Positions 56,686 through 64,000 of a stretch of 64,000 nt of DNA are shown piece by piece. The stretch lies in the NCBI GenBank assembly GCA_964390745.1, contig CAYMIK010000002.1, positions 26,866 to 90,865 of the forward strand. The letters are read 5' to 3'. Position numbers and translations under genes: made by a program. Below the pieces are notes generated by a model. It had not been told where the DNA came from, ran no database searches, and saw only the letters and a program-made list of their open reading frames with translations. Every line of letters starts with the position of its first letter. The stretch's first letter is position 1. This DNA is from an uncultured Candidatus Saccharibacteria bacterium. Lineage in GTDB: Bacteria > Patescibacteriota > JAUYIX01 > CAYMIK01.

Positions 56686-57945
56686 TCACTCTTCTTCCAG
56701 ATATTTTTTCCCCAGAAGTTTTGTCGGAAGATAATCCTGCTTGGCCTCTTCTGGATCTTTATAATCAGGTGTGTACTTGTAGCCTTTATGGTAGCCAAGT
56801 TCTTTCATAAGTTTTGTTGGAGCGTTTCTAATGTGCAATGGTACAGGCAGAGCTGGCTGTTCTCGAATATCTCGTTTTACTTTTTCATATGCCTGATAGA
56901 TAGCAACGGATTTCTTCGATTTTGCCATATATACAACAGCCTGCGCTAAGTTAATAGCACACTCAGGCATGCCGTTGAACTGACACGCCTGATAGGCTGC
57001 GACAGCTTGCGGAAGTGCGAGCGAATTTGCCAGGCCAATATCCTCAGAGGCAAACTCAATGACTCTTCTGGCAACATACAATGGATCTTCACCGCCTTCT
57101 AACATGCGCCCAAGCCAGTACAGTGCAGCGTTGGCGTCACCGCCGCGCATACTCTTGTGAAGGGCAGAAATAATGTTGTAGTGCTCCTCACCTTTTTTGT
57201 CGTACAAAAGATGCGTGCGCTGTAGCGATTCTTTAATTTCTTCATTGGTGATTTTAATCTTCTTGGTCTTTGTTCCCTGTTTAGAAATAACAGCCAACTC
57301 TAAGGCGTTCAAAGCACTTCTCGCATCACCATTCACCATATTCGAAAGAAAGTCGAGTGAGTCTTCAGATATTTCTATTTTGAGTGCGCCCAATCCCCTT
57401 TCCTTATCCGAGAGCGCTCGCTCTAGCAACTTTTTAATATCTTCCGCAGAAAGTTGCTCCAAAACAAACACTCTGGCCCGTGAAAGCAAAGCAGAATTTA
57501 CCTCAAAACTTGGATTCTCTGTTGTCGCGCCAATCAATATGAGTAATCCTTGCTCAACATAGGGCAACAACGTATCTTGCTGTGCTTTGTTAAAGCGGTG
57601 GATTTCATCGACAAATAAAATAGTTCGTTTATTTTCGTTTTGCAAGAATATTTTTGCTTTATGCGCAACATCCTGAATATCTTTTTTGCCAGAGTTCGTC
57701 GCAGAGATCTCCACAAAAAACGCCTTGGTTTCATTGGCGATAATCTTTGCGAGGGTTGTCTTCCCTGTTCCTGGTGGACCCCAAAAGATCATCGAAGGAA
57801 TGTTTTCTGTTTCGATAGCGTTTCGTAAAATCTTACCTTCGCCAATGATTTGCTCCTGTCCGACATATTCACCCAAATTTAATGGACGCATGCGGTCGGC
57901 AAGCGGTTTCGGCAAATGCAAGTTATCCACAATGAGTGTTTCCAT
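56686..57945 (-). CDS. rarA: Replication-associated recombination protein A (AAA+ ATPase RarA/MgsA)
   Basis: GPPGTGKTTLAKIIA Walker A, FVDEIHRFNKAQQD Walker B/sensor, C-terminal MgsA domains. Confidence 0.92.
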   Translation of the reverse strand: METLIVDNLHLPKPLADRMRPLNLGEYVGQEQIIGEGKILRNAIETENIPSMIFWGPPGTGKTTLAKIIANETKAFFVEISATNSGKKDIQDVAHKAKIFLQNENKRTILFVDEIHRFNKAQQDTLLPYVEQGLLILIGATTENPSFEVNSALLSRARVFVLEQLSAEDIKKLLERALSDKERGLGALKIEISEDSLDFLSNMVNGDARSALNALELAVISKQGTKTKKIKITNEEIKESLQRTHLLYDKKGEEHYNIISALHKSMRGGDANAALYWLGRMLEGGEDPLYVARRVIEFASEDIGLANSLALPQAVAAYQACQFNGMPECAINLAQAVVYMAKSKKSVAIYQAYEKVKRDIREQPALPVPLHIRNAPTKLMKELGYHKGYKYTPDYKDPEEAKQDYLPTKLLGKKYLEEE

Positions 57946-57980
57946 GTACCCATTGTACGCCTTTTGTTCGTGTCTGTCAC

Positions 57981-58742
57981 CTACTTCGACGCAATGAGCA
58001 CCTGCGTAACTCGCGTCTCTGTAATTTTTCCTTTGCGCAGCTTCCTTTCATATATCTTTCTCAACACATCCAGGGTCGCTTCGCGCTTATTTCTCGGAAC
58101 AAAATTCCATCGGCTGACAGATTGAACGTATAAAAGATAGCGCTTGAGCGAGTAGTGATCCTTGATGTTAATGGTTTTTGAAATGACCCTCTTTGCACCA
58201 GACTTTTTTAGAATATCAACAAACCGTTCACCTTGATAATATATCTTTGGTGTGGGGATTTTGAGATTCTTTGAAATATATTTTTTTAGTACCGCGGATG
58301 GCGTTCCTTGCACACGGATACCAACGATGCAAATGAGCCCATTTGGTTTGAGCACCCGAAGCATTTCTTTGACGGCATCTTTGTTTGCAAACCAATGAAA
58401 AGCCGTAAATGCTGTCACAACATCAAAAGTTTCTGGACCAAAAGGCAACCTTTCGGACTTCGCCATCTTGTAGAGAACATTCTTTGTTTTATAGCTTCTC
58501 GCTACTTCAAGCATCCTTCGATCAATGTCGGCTCCAATAACTTTTTTATTTGTCTTTTTCGCAAGGAGACGCGTTGAAATTCCCGTTCCGCAGCCCAAGT
58601 CTAATATTCGAGGGTTTTTTACCTCGATATGACGAAAAAGATAGTTGATGAGTGATTGAGGATACGACGGTCTCGCCTTATCATATGCACGAGCCAGGTT
58701 TCCAAAATTTCCGTTAAATGTTTTTGTCATTTTGTATTGCAT
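57981..58742 (-). CDS. Class I SAM-dependent methyltransferase
   Basis: ILDLGCGTGISTRLLA motif I. Confidence 0.8.
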   Translation of the reverse strand: MQYKMTKTFNGNFGNLARAYDKARPSYPQSLINYLFRHIEVKNPRILDLGCGTGISTRLLAKKTNKKVIGADIDRRMLEVARSYKTKNVLYKMAKSERLPFGPETFDVVTAFTAFHWFANKDAVKEMLRVLKPNGLICIVGIRVQGTPSAVLKKYISKNLKIPTPKIYYQGERFVDILKKSGAKRVISKTINIKDHYSLKRYLLYVQSVSRWNFVPRNKREATLDVLRKIYERKLRKGKITETRVTQVLIASK

Positions 58743-59157
58743 TGAGCTTCTTCTGAAGTTGATCGAGGGTATCTAAATTCCAAGCATTGATTTTTAGCTT
58801 TTTTGCTTCCATTGGAGTGAGCCATTTCATTCCTTGACCCTCATGAAGTACAAGTTTTTGTAACCCATCGTACTCTTCCATAAAACTTTTCTTGTGAACT
58901 GTTTCACTCTCCTTTTCTAAAGTAAACTCGTGGAAGAATTCTGGATCCTTAAGTTCATATTCCAACTCCTCTTTTGTTTCGCGAATAACAGCATCAATAA
59001 ACGACTCTCCTTCATCCACAGGCCCACCAAAAAATCCCCAGAAGTTTGGGAATGCCTTGTCGTCGCTGCTTCGGTGCTGAAAAAGAAATTTTCCGTCTTT
59101 CCTGTAGAGTGCTATTTGTGAAATATTTCGCTTTTTCATGTCAGTATTATAACTCAC
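58714..59157 (-). CDS. NUDIX hydrolase
   Basis: Nudix box GGPVDEGESFIDAVIRETKEELEYE. Confidence 0.85.
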   Translation of the reverse strand: MSYNTDMKKRNISQIALYRKDGKFLFQHRSSDDKAFPNFWGFFGGPVDEGESFIDAVIRETKEELEYELKDPEFFHEFTLEKESETVHKKSFMEEYDGLQKLVLHEGQGMKWLTPMEAKKLKINAWNLDTLDQLQKKLNAIQNDKNI

Positions 59158-60109
59158 TTATAGTTTTATCCAGAAGCTTCACAACTTCTTCTGCATCCTC
59201 TGCTTCAAAAAATGGTTCACGGAACTTCTTCGCCCCAGGGAAACCTTCCATGTACGATTTAAAATGCTTCTTCATAAAATCAAACGGCTTGATGCCGCCC
59301 AAATGTTCATCGTAGAGCAAAACATGCTCACGTAAAACTTCTAACTTTTCTTTCATGCTCACAGTTACCACATCACGGCCAGAAAAAAGCCAGGGATTTC
59401 CAAAGATCGCACGGCCGATCATAAATCCGTCGGCACCATATTTTGCGGCAAGTTCTTTGCCATGTTCCAAATCGCGAACATCGCCATTTCCCAAAATTAA
59501 CGTCTTTGACTTCATGGAATTACGAAGTTGCACGGCCTCACCAACCAATTCCCAACGGGCTGGAACTTTTGACATATCTTTTTTTGTCCGTGCATGCAAG
59601 ACGATGGCAACGGGCTCGGCTTCCAACAAAGCGCCAATCCACTCAGAAACCGTTTCCTTGTTATACCCTGCACGTGTCTTCACCGAAACTGGCAATTTGC
59701 CGGCACCTTTTTTTGTCGCAAGAATAATTTCCTGCGCCAACTTTGGTTCTCGAATGAGCCCTGATCCCGCGCACGTCTTACAAACATGGTCAATCGGACA
59801 CCCCATATTTATATCAACACCATCAAAACCTAATTTGTCTGCGAGTTTTGCCGCTGTTTCAAAATGCTTTGGTTCCGCGCCAAAAAATTGCGCGATAATC
59901 GGCCGCTCAGCTTCAGAGTAGCGCAAATCATGTATTAACCGCTTTCGCCCTTCAGGCGAAGATAAACCATCGGCCGAAGTAAATTCGGTATAAATAACAT
60001 CTGGCTTGCCATATTTTGCAATGACCGCGCGAAATGCCGAGTCGGTAACATCGTCCAGTGGGGCTAGCGCCCCAATAGGCTTATTCAGTTTTTGCCAAAA
60101 GTTCTTCAT
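59147..60109 (-). CDS. dus: tRNA-dihydrouridine synthase
   Basis: LAPLDDVTDSAFR, DINMGCP (catalytic Cys context), TIM-barrel FMN-protein layout. Confidence 0.88.
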   Translation of the reverse strand: MKNFWQKLNKPIGALAPLDDVTDSAFRAVIAKYGKPDVIYTEFTSADGLSSPEGRKRLIHDLRYSEAERPIIAQFFGAEPKHFETAAKLADKLGFDGVDINMGCPIDHVCKTCAGSGLIREPKLAQEIILATKKGAGKLPVSVKTRAGYNKETVSEWIGALLEAEPVAIVLHARTKKDMSKVPARWELVGEAVQLRNSMKSKTLILGNGDVRDLEHGKELAAKYGADGFMIGRAIFGNPWLFSGRDVVTVSMKEKLEVLREHVLLYDEHLGGIKPFDFMKKHFKSYMEGFPGAKKFREPFFEAEDAEEVVKLLDKTISEL

Positions 60110-60176
60110 AAAGTTCGATGTATTCTAAACAAAAACCGCCGAACAATCAAGTCTCGACGGTTTTGAGGAACAAACG

Positions 60177-61208
60177 TTACTGTGCCTTGTGCCCAGTCAA
60201 ATTGAGAAGATCGAGCGCTTTGTTGATCTGAGCCATGACCAAAGAGTCACTTTCGTAGCCAGATGCAACATAATTATCGATAAGTACTGATCCGTCCGTA
60301 GATGCCAGAATTTGTTTCTCTATGTTATCTATCGTAGACGATGTAAGTCCCATTCGGAATGAGTACGAAAGCCCCGTTGCGTCATTATAAAGCATCGCAA
60401 CAAACACCGGACCCAGACCCACCTCTTGCGATATGTTAGAGACCGTCCAGTATCCTCGCCAAGAGTTATCGAAGTTCTTCAGGTAGTTCACTTTCTTTAT
60501 GGTTACAGCGGCATTTTCTTTTGGAACAACGCCACCTGCTAGAATAATTGCATTCGTATCAACTTTTTGGTTGGCGTATGTCAACTTCAATGCGTCTATC
60601 GTTGCCTTGTTGTTGAGATTTGGGTCATTGGCCAAGCTCTTCGTGCTGCCAATAAATCCAGATACCCAATCATTTCCCGTCAGAGCGTTGAACTTTATGG
60701 TTGCACCATCATATGTTGTTGCAATTGGAGAATCAGCATTATACGCTTCCGTGGTATTTTCGATGGTGGCAGTATTCCAATCTTTTTGGAAGTAGAGAGA
60801 AACGCCTTTAACGGTTTGTGTGGTCACCGTACTTGGTACTGTTGGAGTTGTAACCGTGTTCGTTGTATTTGTGGTATTTGAAGTTGTATTGCTCGTATTT
60901 GCAACCGAGTTTACCGTATTGAGGGTATTGAGTTTCACCGTTGCATCTTCTTCGTCCTGACGATTGCTCAAGAAAAACCAGGCAATGCCGAGCGCAATGA
61001 GCGCAACAGCTAGAACGACAATCAAAACAATAAGAAGCTTACTCTTTTTTGGCGACCCATTCATTTGACCGGCTTGGTCAACTTGAGTGCTTTGGAGATT
61101 TGATGAATCTTGTACCATTTGTTTCTTTATTTTAGACAGGAAAAGTATAGCACAAAATACGATTTTGGGAACTTTAAAAGGGGCACTCCGAAGAGAAGCC
61201 CCTTTCAC
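60177..61208 (-). CDS. Hypothetical membrane-anchored surface protein with Thr/Asn-rich linker
   Basis: TM LLIVLIVVLAVALIALGIAWFFL and low-complexity NTSNTTSNTTNTTNTVTTPTVPSTVTT. No catalytic motif. Confidence 0.5.
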   Translation of the reverse strand: MKGASLRSAPFKVPKIVFCAILFLSKIKKQMVQDSSNLQSTQVDQAGQMNGSPKKSKLLIVLIVVLAVALIALGIAWFFLSNRQDEEDATVKLNTLNTVNSVANTSNTTSNTTNTTNTVTTPTVPSTVTTQTVKGVSLYFQKDWNTATIENTTEAYNADSPIATTYDGATIKFNALTGNDWVSGFIGSTKSLANDPNLNNKATIDALKLTYANQKVDTNAIILAGGVVPKENAAVTIKKVNYLKNFDNSWRGYWTVSNISQEVGLGPVFVAMLYNDATGLSYSFRMGLTSSTIDNIEKQILASTDGSVLIDNYVASGYESDSLVMAQINKALDLLNLTGHKAQ

Positions 61209-61326
61209 GATCCCAGATTCGGGACCGCACTGCTGTCGCGGTTGCGACTACCACCCCCTTCAACAGTCTTCAAAACCGCTCTATGTAGCGATAATCTTAG
61301 CCTCAAGGGAGCCGAAAAGATTCTGC

Positions 61327-61355
61327 TTGCCAAAACTGGCACTCTCGCCTATAAT
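61327..61355 (+). promoter_or_regulatory. Near-consensus sigma70 promoter TTGCCA-17-TATAAT, start codon 10 nt downstream (leaderless)
   Basis: ttgcca at 61327-61332, 17-nt spacer, tataat at 61350-61355, ATG at 61365. Confidence 0.55.
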
Positions 61356-61364
61356 GTGCTAACT

Positions 61365-62282
61365 ATGAAAAACGCAATAGAAATAAGATCTCTTTCGAAG
61401 ACATACCAAAACGGCGTCCATGCTTTAAAGGACGTGAACTTGGATATTCGAGAAGGTGAAATCTTTGCGCTTCTCGGTGAAAACGGCGCCGGAAAAACCA
61501 CGATGATTGGAATCATTTGTGGCATTGTTAATAAAACCGGTGGTACCGTAACCGTGATGGGCAAGGATATCGTAAAAGATTATCGCTTTACGCGAAAACA
61601 GATTGGACTCGTTCCACAAGAAATTAAGCTCGATATCTTCATGAAGGTTATCGATGCCGTTCGATTCTCTCGAGGTTACTTTGGCCTCAAGAAAGACGAA
61701 AAGAAGGTGGAAGAAGTTTTAAAAGCACTGGAACTTTGGGAACACAAAGACAAGATGGCCATGCAACTTTCTGGTGGTATGATGCGACGCCTTTTGATTG
61801 CCAAGGCACTTGTTCATGAACCAAGGATTTTGTTTTTGGACGAACCAACCGCCGGCGTTGACGTGAATTTGCGCCAAGGCATGTGGGACTACGTTCGTAA
61901 ACTCCAAAAAGAAGGCGTAACGATCATTCTCACCACGCACTATATTGAAGAAGCAGAAGAAATGGCTGACCGCATTGGTATTATTGCTGGTGGCGAACTG
62001 AAAGTAGTGGAAGAAAAGGACAAGCTTATGGAAACCTTGGGGCAAAAGAAAATGATCATGCGATTGTCACAAGCCGTAAACGAAGTTCCTTCTTCGCTTT
62101 CTCATCTCGACATCAAGCTTTCTCAAGACAAAACAAGCCTTGAATACACCTACAAAGCTGGAAATGGAAAGATCCACGATGTCTTGACAGCGCTTGCTGG
62201 ATCGAACATTCAGATTCAAGAAATTGATACGGAAGAAACCAAGCTGGAAGAAATCTTCTTGAATATTGCGAGGAAAAAATGA
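61365..62282 (+). CDS. ABC transporter ATP-binding protein (ABC-2/DrrA-like)
   Basis: GENGAGKTT Walker A, LSGGMMRRL signature, ILFLDEPTAGVD Walker B. The ORF-track extension from 61110 overlaps the divergent gene and the promoter. Confidence 0.9.
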   Translation: MKNAIEIRSLSKTYQNGVHALKDVNLDIREGEIFALLGENGAGKTTMIGIICGIVNKTGGTVTVMGKDIVKDYRFTRKQIGLVPQEIKLDIFMKVIDAVRFSRGYFGLKKDEKKVEEVLKALELWEHKDKMAMQLSGGMMRRLLIAKALVHEPRILFLDEPTAGVDVNLRQGMWDYVRKLQKEGVTIILTTHYIEEAEEMADRIGIIAGGELKVVEEKDKLMETLGQKKMIMRLSQAVNEVPSSLSHLDIKLSQDKTSLEYTYKAGNGKIHDVLTALAGSNIQIQEIDTEETKLEEIFLNIARKK

Positions 62283-63046
62283 AATTTAACTTTATCCCCT
62301 TTTGGACCATTTTGGTTCAGGAAATTCGAAGAATTGTTCGCGTCATTTGGCAAACCATTGTTTCGCCGGTCGTGTCTGCTTCGTTATACTTCCTCGTCTT
62401 TGGATCTGCGTTAGGAAACCGCATCAATACGATTGATGGAATTCCTTACATTCAGTTCATCGTTCCAGGACTTATTATGATGAACGTGCTCATGAATGCG
62501 TTTTCGAACTCTTCGTTCACGCTGTACATGGCTAGATTCCAGGGAACCATTAAGGAAATTTTGGCTTCGCCCATTTCGTATTTCGAACTTGTTTCGGCGT
62601 ACACCATTGCTTCCATCTTCCGTGCAGTTCTAACCGGCATAATCATTTGGATTATTGCTCTCATCTTCACGAGCATTCCCGTTTACAACATTGGCATCGT
62701 GATCATCTTTTTGCTGCTCGTTTCACTCACCTTTGCGGTTGGTGGAATTATTGTTGGGCTTACATCAAAAGACTTCAACAGCGTAAACTTGATCCCAATC
62801 TTTGCCATTACTCCTTTGAGCTTCTTGGGCGGCGTGTTCTACTCTGTAAACATGCTTCCTCCAGCACTCAAAACCATTTCGCACTTCAACCCAGTGTTTT
62901 ACATGATTGATGGTTTGCGATATGGATTCTTTGGAACAAGTTCGGTAAATCCTTGGTACAGCCTTGGAGTTATCATGGCCTTCTTGGTGGTCTTCACCGC
63001 CATCGCATGGCAGTTGTTCCGAACAGGATACAAGCTGAAGGACTAG
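62279..63046 (+). CDS. ABC-2 type transporter permease
   Basis: Six TM helices and a 4-nt overlap with the ATPase gene. Confidence 0.85.
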   Translation: MKFNFIPFWTILVQEIRRIVRVIWQTIVSPVVSASLYFLVFGSALGNRINTIDGIPYIQFIVPGLIMMNVLMNAFSNSSFTLYMARFQGTIKEILASPISYFELVSAYTIASIFRAVLTGIIIWIIALIFTSIPVYNIGIVIIFLLLVSLTFAVGGIIVGLTSKDFNSVNLIPIFAITPLSFLGGVFYSVNMLPPALKTISHFNPVFYMIDGLRYGFFGTSSVNPWYSLGVIMAFLVVFTAIAWQLFRTGYKLKD

Positions 63047-63080
63047 CGTTTGGCGAATCACTCGAAACGAAAAACAGCGG

Positions 63081-63554
63081 TTATGCCGCTGTTTTTTCTT
63101 TGAGCTCCTTTATCACTTGTGTCGCGTGCTTCCTTGCCTGTACCGACTCGTATATTGTGGCTATTTTACCTTTGGGATCAATGAGATACGACATGCGCTT
63201 AATACCCATAAACTTGTTGCCGAACATCGATTTTTGTTGCCAGACACCATACGCGTTGATCACTTTTTTATCCACATCAGCGAGCAGAGGAAAATTTGTT
63301 CCATGCTTTGTTGCAAACTTCTTGTGACTTTCAACCGTGTCAGCGCTTACGCCCAAAATTTCTGCATTGAGGGCAGCAAAGGCTTTTTTGTTTACCGTCA
63401 TCATTTGTGCTTCTATGGTGCAAACTTGCGTGTCGTCTTTGGGATAAAAATACAGCAAAACCCATTTGCCTTTGAAGTGGGAAAGTTTTTGAGCCTTGTT
63501 ATTCTGATCACAAAGCTCGAAACCGGGAGCCTTATCGCCTACTTTGAGCTTCAT
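63081..63554 (-). CDS. bcp: Peroxiredoxin, Bcp type (AhpC/TSA family)
   Basis: FYPKDDTQVCTIE (peroxidatic Cys). Confidence 0.88.
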   Translation of the reverse strand: MKLKVGDKAPGFELCDQNNKAQKLSHFKGKWVLLYFYPKDDTQVCTIEAQMMTVNKKAFAALNAEILGVSADTVESHKKFATKHGTNFPLLADVDKKVINAYGVWQQKSMFGNKFMGIKRMSYLIDPKGKIATIYESVQARKHATQVIKELKEKTAA

Positions 63555-63847
63555 CCTACCCTCACGTGAATATCTTTATGTGCTTGATTGATCATATCAT
63601 CGAGAAAGTGAAAGCGCTGAACTTTTACTTCATGCGGCACTTCATCAATAAAACGTATCTCCGCCGCTGTTTCCACCAAACAACCCGTTACAATAATTCG
63701 CATATTCTTGTTGCGAGTCTTGGCTTCTTTCAAATTTCGAACGTAGCCATAGATTTTATTCTCGGCTCGCCGTAGCGTAGTGGAAATACGGTGAAAAATC
63801 AAGTTCGCTGTGGCTGCTTCCCAGGAACATTTTGAATGTATTCCCAT
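63551..63847 (-). CDS. Hypothetical small protein (98 aa; possibly shorter, from internal Met)
   Basis: ORF with a 4-nt overlap with bcp. Its N-terminal part overlaps the 3' end of the upstream epimerase gene. No motif. Confidence 0.35.
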   Translation of the reverse strand: MGIHSKCSWEAATANLIFHRISTTLRRAENKIYGYVRNLKEAKTRNKNMRIIVTGCLVETAAEIRFIDEVPHEVKVQRFHFLDDMINQAHKDIHVRVG

Positions 63848-64000
63848 GTTTTTCGTATGCCATCTTCAAGAGATGTTTTTGGCGCCACCTCAAACTCCGA
63901 GGTGAGGCGCGAAGTATCAAGAACAACCTTCTTTACGAACGAAGCCGGAGCCTCGATAAACTTTTTTGCGAGCGGATGCCCCGTCACCTTTTCAACGGTT
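63799..64000 (-). CDS. NAD-dependent epimerase/dehydratase, C-terminal fragment (gene continues beyond window)
   Basis: The frame is open to the window edge. C-terminal SLEDGIRKTWEYI matches the conserved tail of SDR-type sugar epimerases. Confidence 0.6.
   Translation of the reverse strand, partial: TVEKVTGHPLAKKFIEAPASFVKKVVLDTSRLTSEFEVAPKTSLEDGIRKTWEYIQNVPGKQPQRT

Noticed and set aside
61110-61364. Upstream extension of the ABC ATPase ORF
   Set aside because: It overlaps the divergent gene start and contains the TTGCCA-17-TATAAT promoter. The Walker-A-containing protein starts naturally at MKNAIEIRSL (61365).
63551-63847. Treating 63551..63847 and 63799..64000 as one frameshifted gene
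   Set aside because: The epimerase C-terminus ends naturally with its conserved tail at 63799. The downstream ORF is in another frame and has no epimerase-like sequence. It is kept as a low-confidence separate small ORF.

Overview
This is a dense bacterial window of about 64 kb at roughly 45-47% GC. The standard genetic code applies: TGA works as a stop, for example at atpC and priA. There are about 60 protein genes, many with 1-4 nt overlaps and several GTG/TTG starts. I found no rRNA, tRNA, CRISPR array, integrase or transposase.

Contents in order:
- A 5'-truncated P1B-type cation ATPase, then rluB-like, lgt and htrA.
- A Wzy-dependent surface-polysaccharide toolkit in three pieces: two Wzy/WaaL-like paralogs, a Wzz-like co-polymerase, a Wzx flippase, seven GT-B/GT4 and one GT2 glycosyltransferases, DUF4012 and CtpA.
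- rplI-pyrG, a LMW phosphatase, a PepE-like peptidase, rpmA and a THUMP RNA methyltransferase.
- A complete F1Fo operon atpB-E-F-H-A-G-D-C, preceded by an AtpZ-like gene and followed by an AT-rich orphan gene fused to atpC by an ATGA overlap.
- A GDSL hydrolase, an M23 peptidase, gltX, ligT, priA-def-fmt, a rhodanese, rarA, Nudix, dus, an ABC-2 exporter and bcp.

Most unusual:
1. A 1314-aa secreted peptidoglycan hydrolase (Amidase_2 + 5-6 tandem Ig-like repeats + SpoIID), divergently paired with an S8 subtilisin carrying three CW_binding_2 repeats.
2. A packed minus-strand block rarA / Cas4-like PD-(D/E)xK nuclease / YgjP metallohydrolase / Ca-binding-repeat membrane protein / sortase, facing an orphan PIN gene and an unannotated 56-aa zinc-ribbon gene.
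3. A ~600-bp ORF-free stretch (44736-45329) with internal repeats and hairpins that may encode an RNA.

The gene content is an envelope toolkit of sortase, SpoIID, CW_binding_2, Lgt and DUF4012. This suggests a monoderm-type, possibly Patescibacteria-like, organism, but that is inference only.
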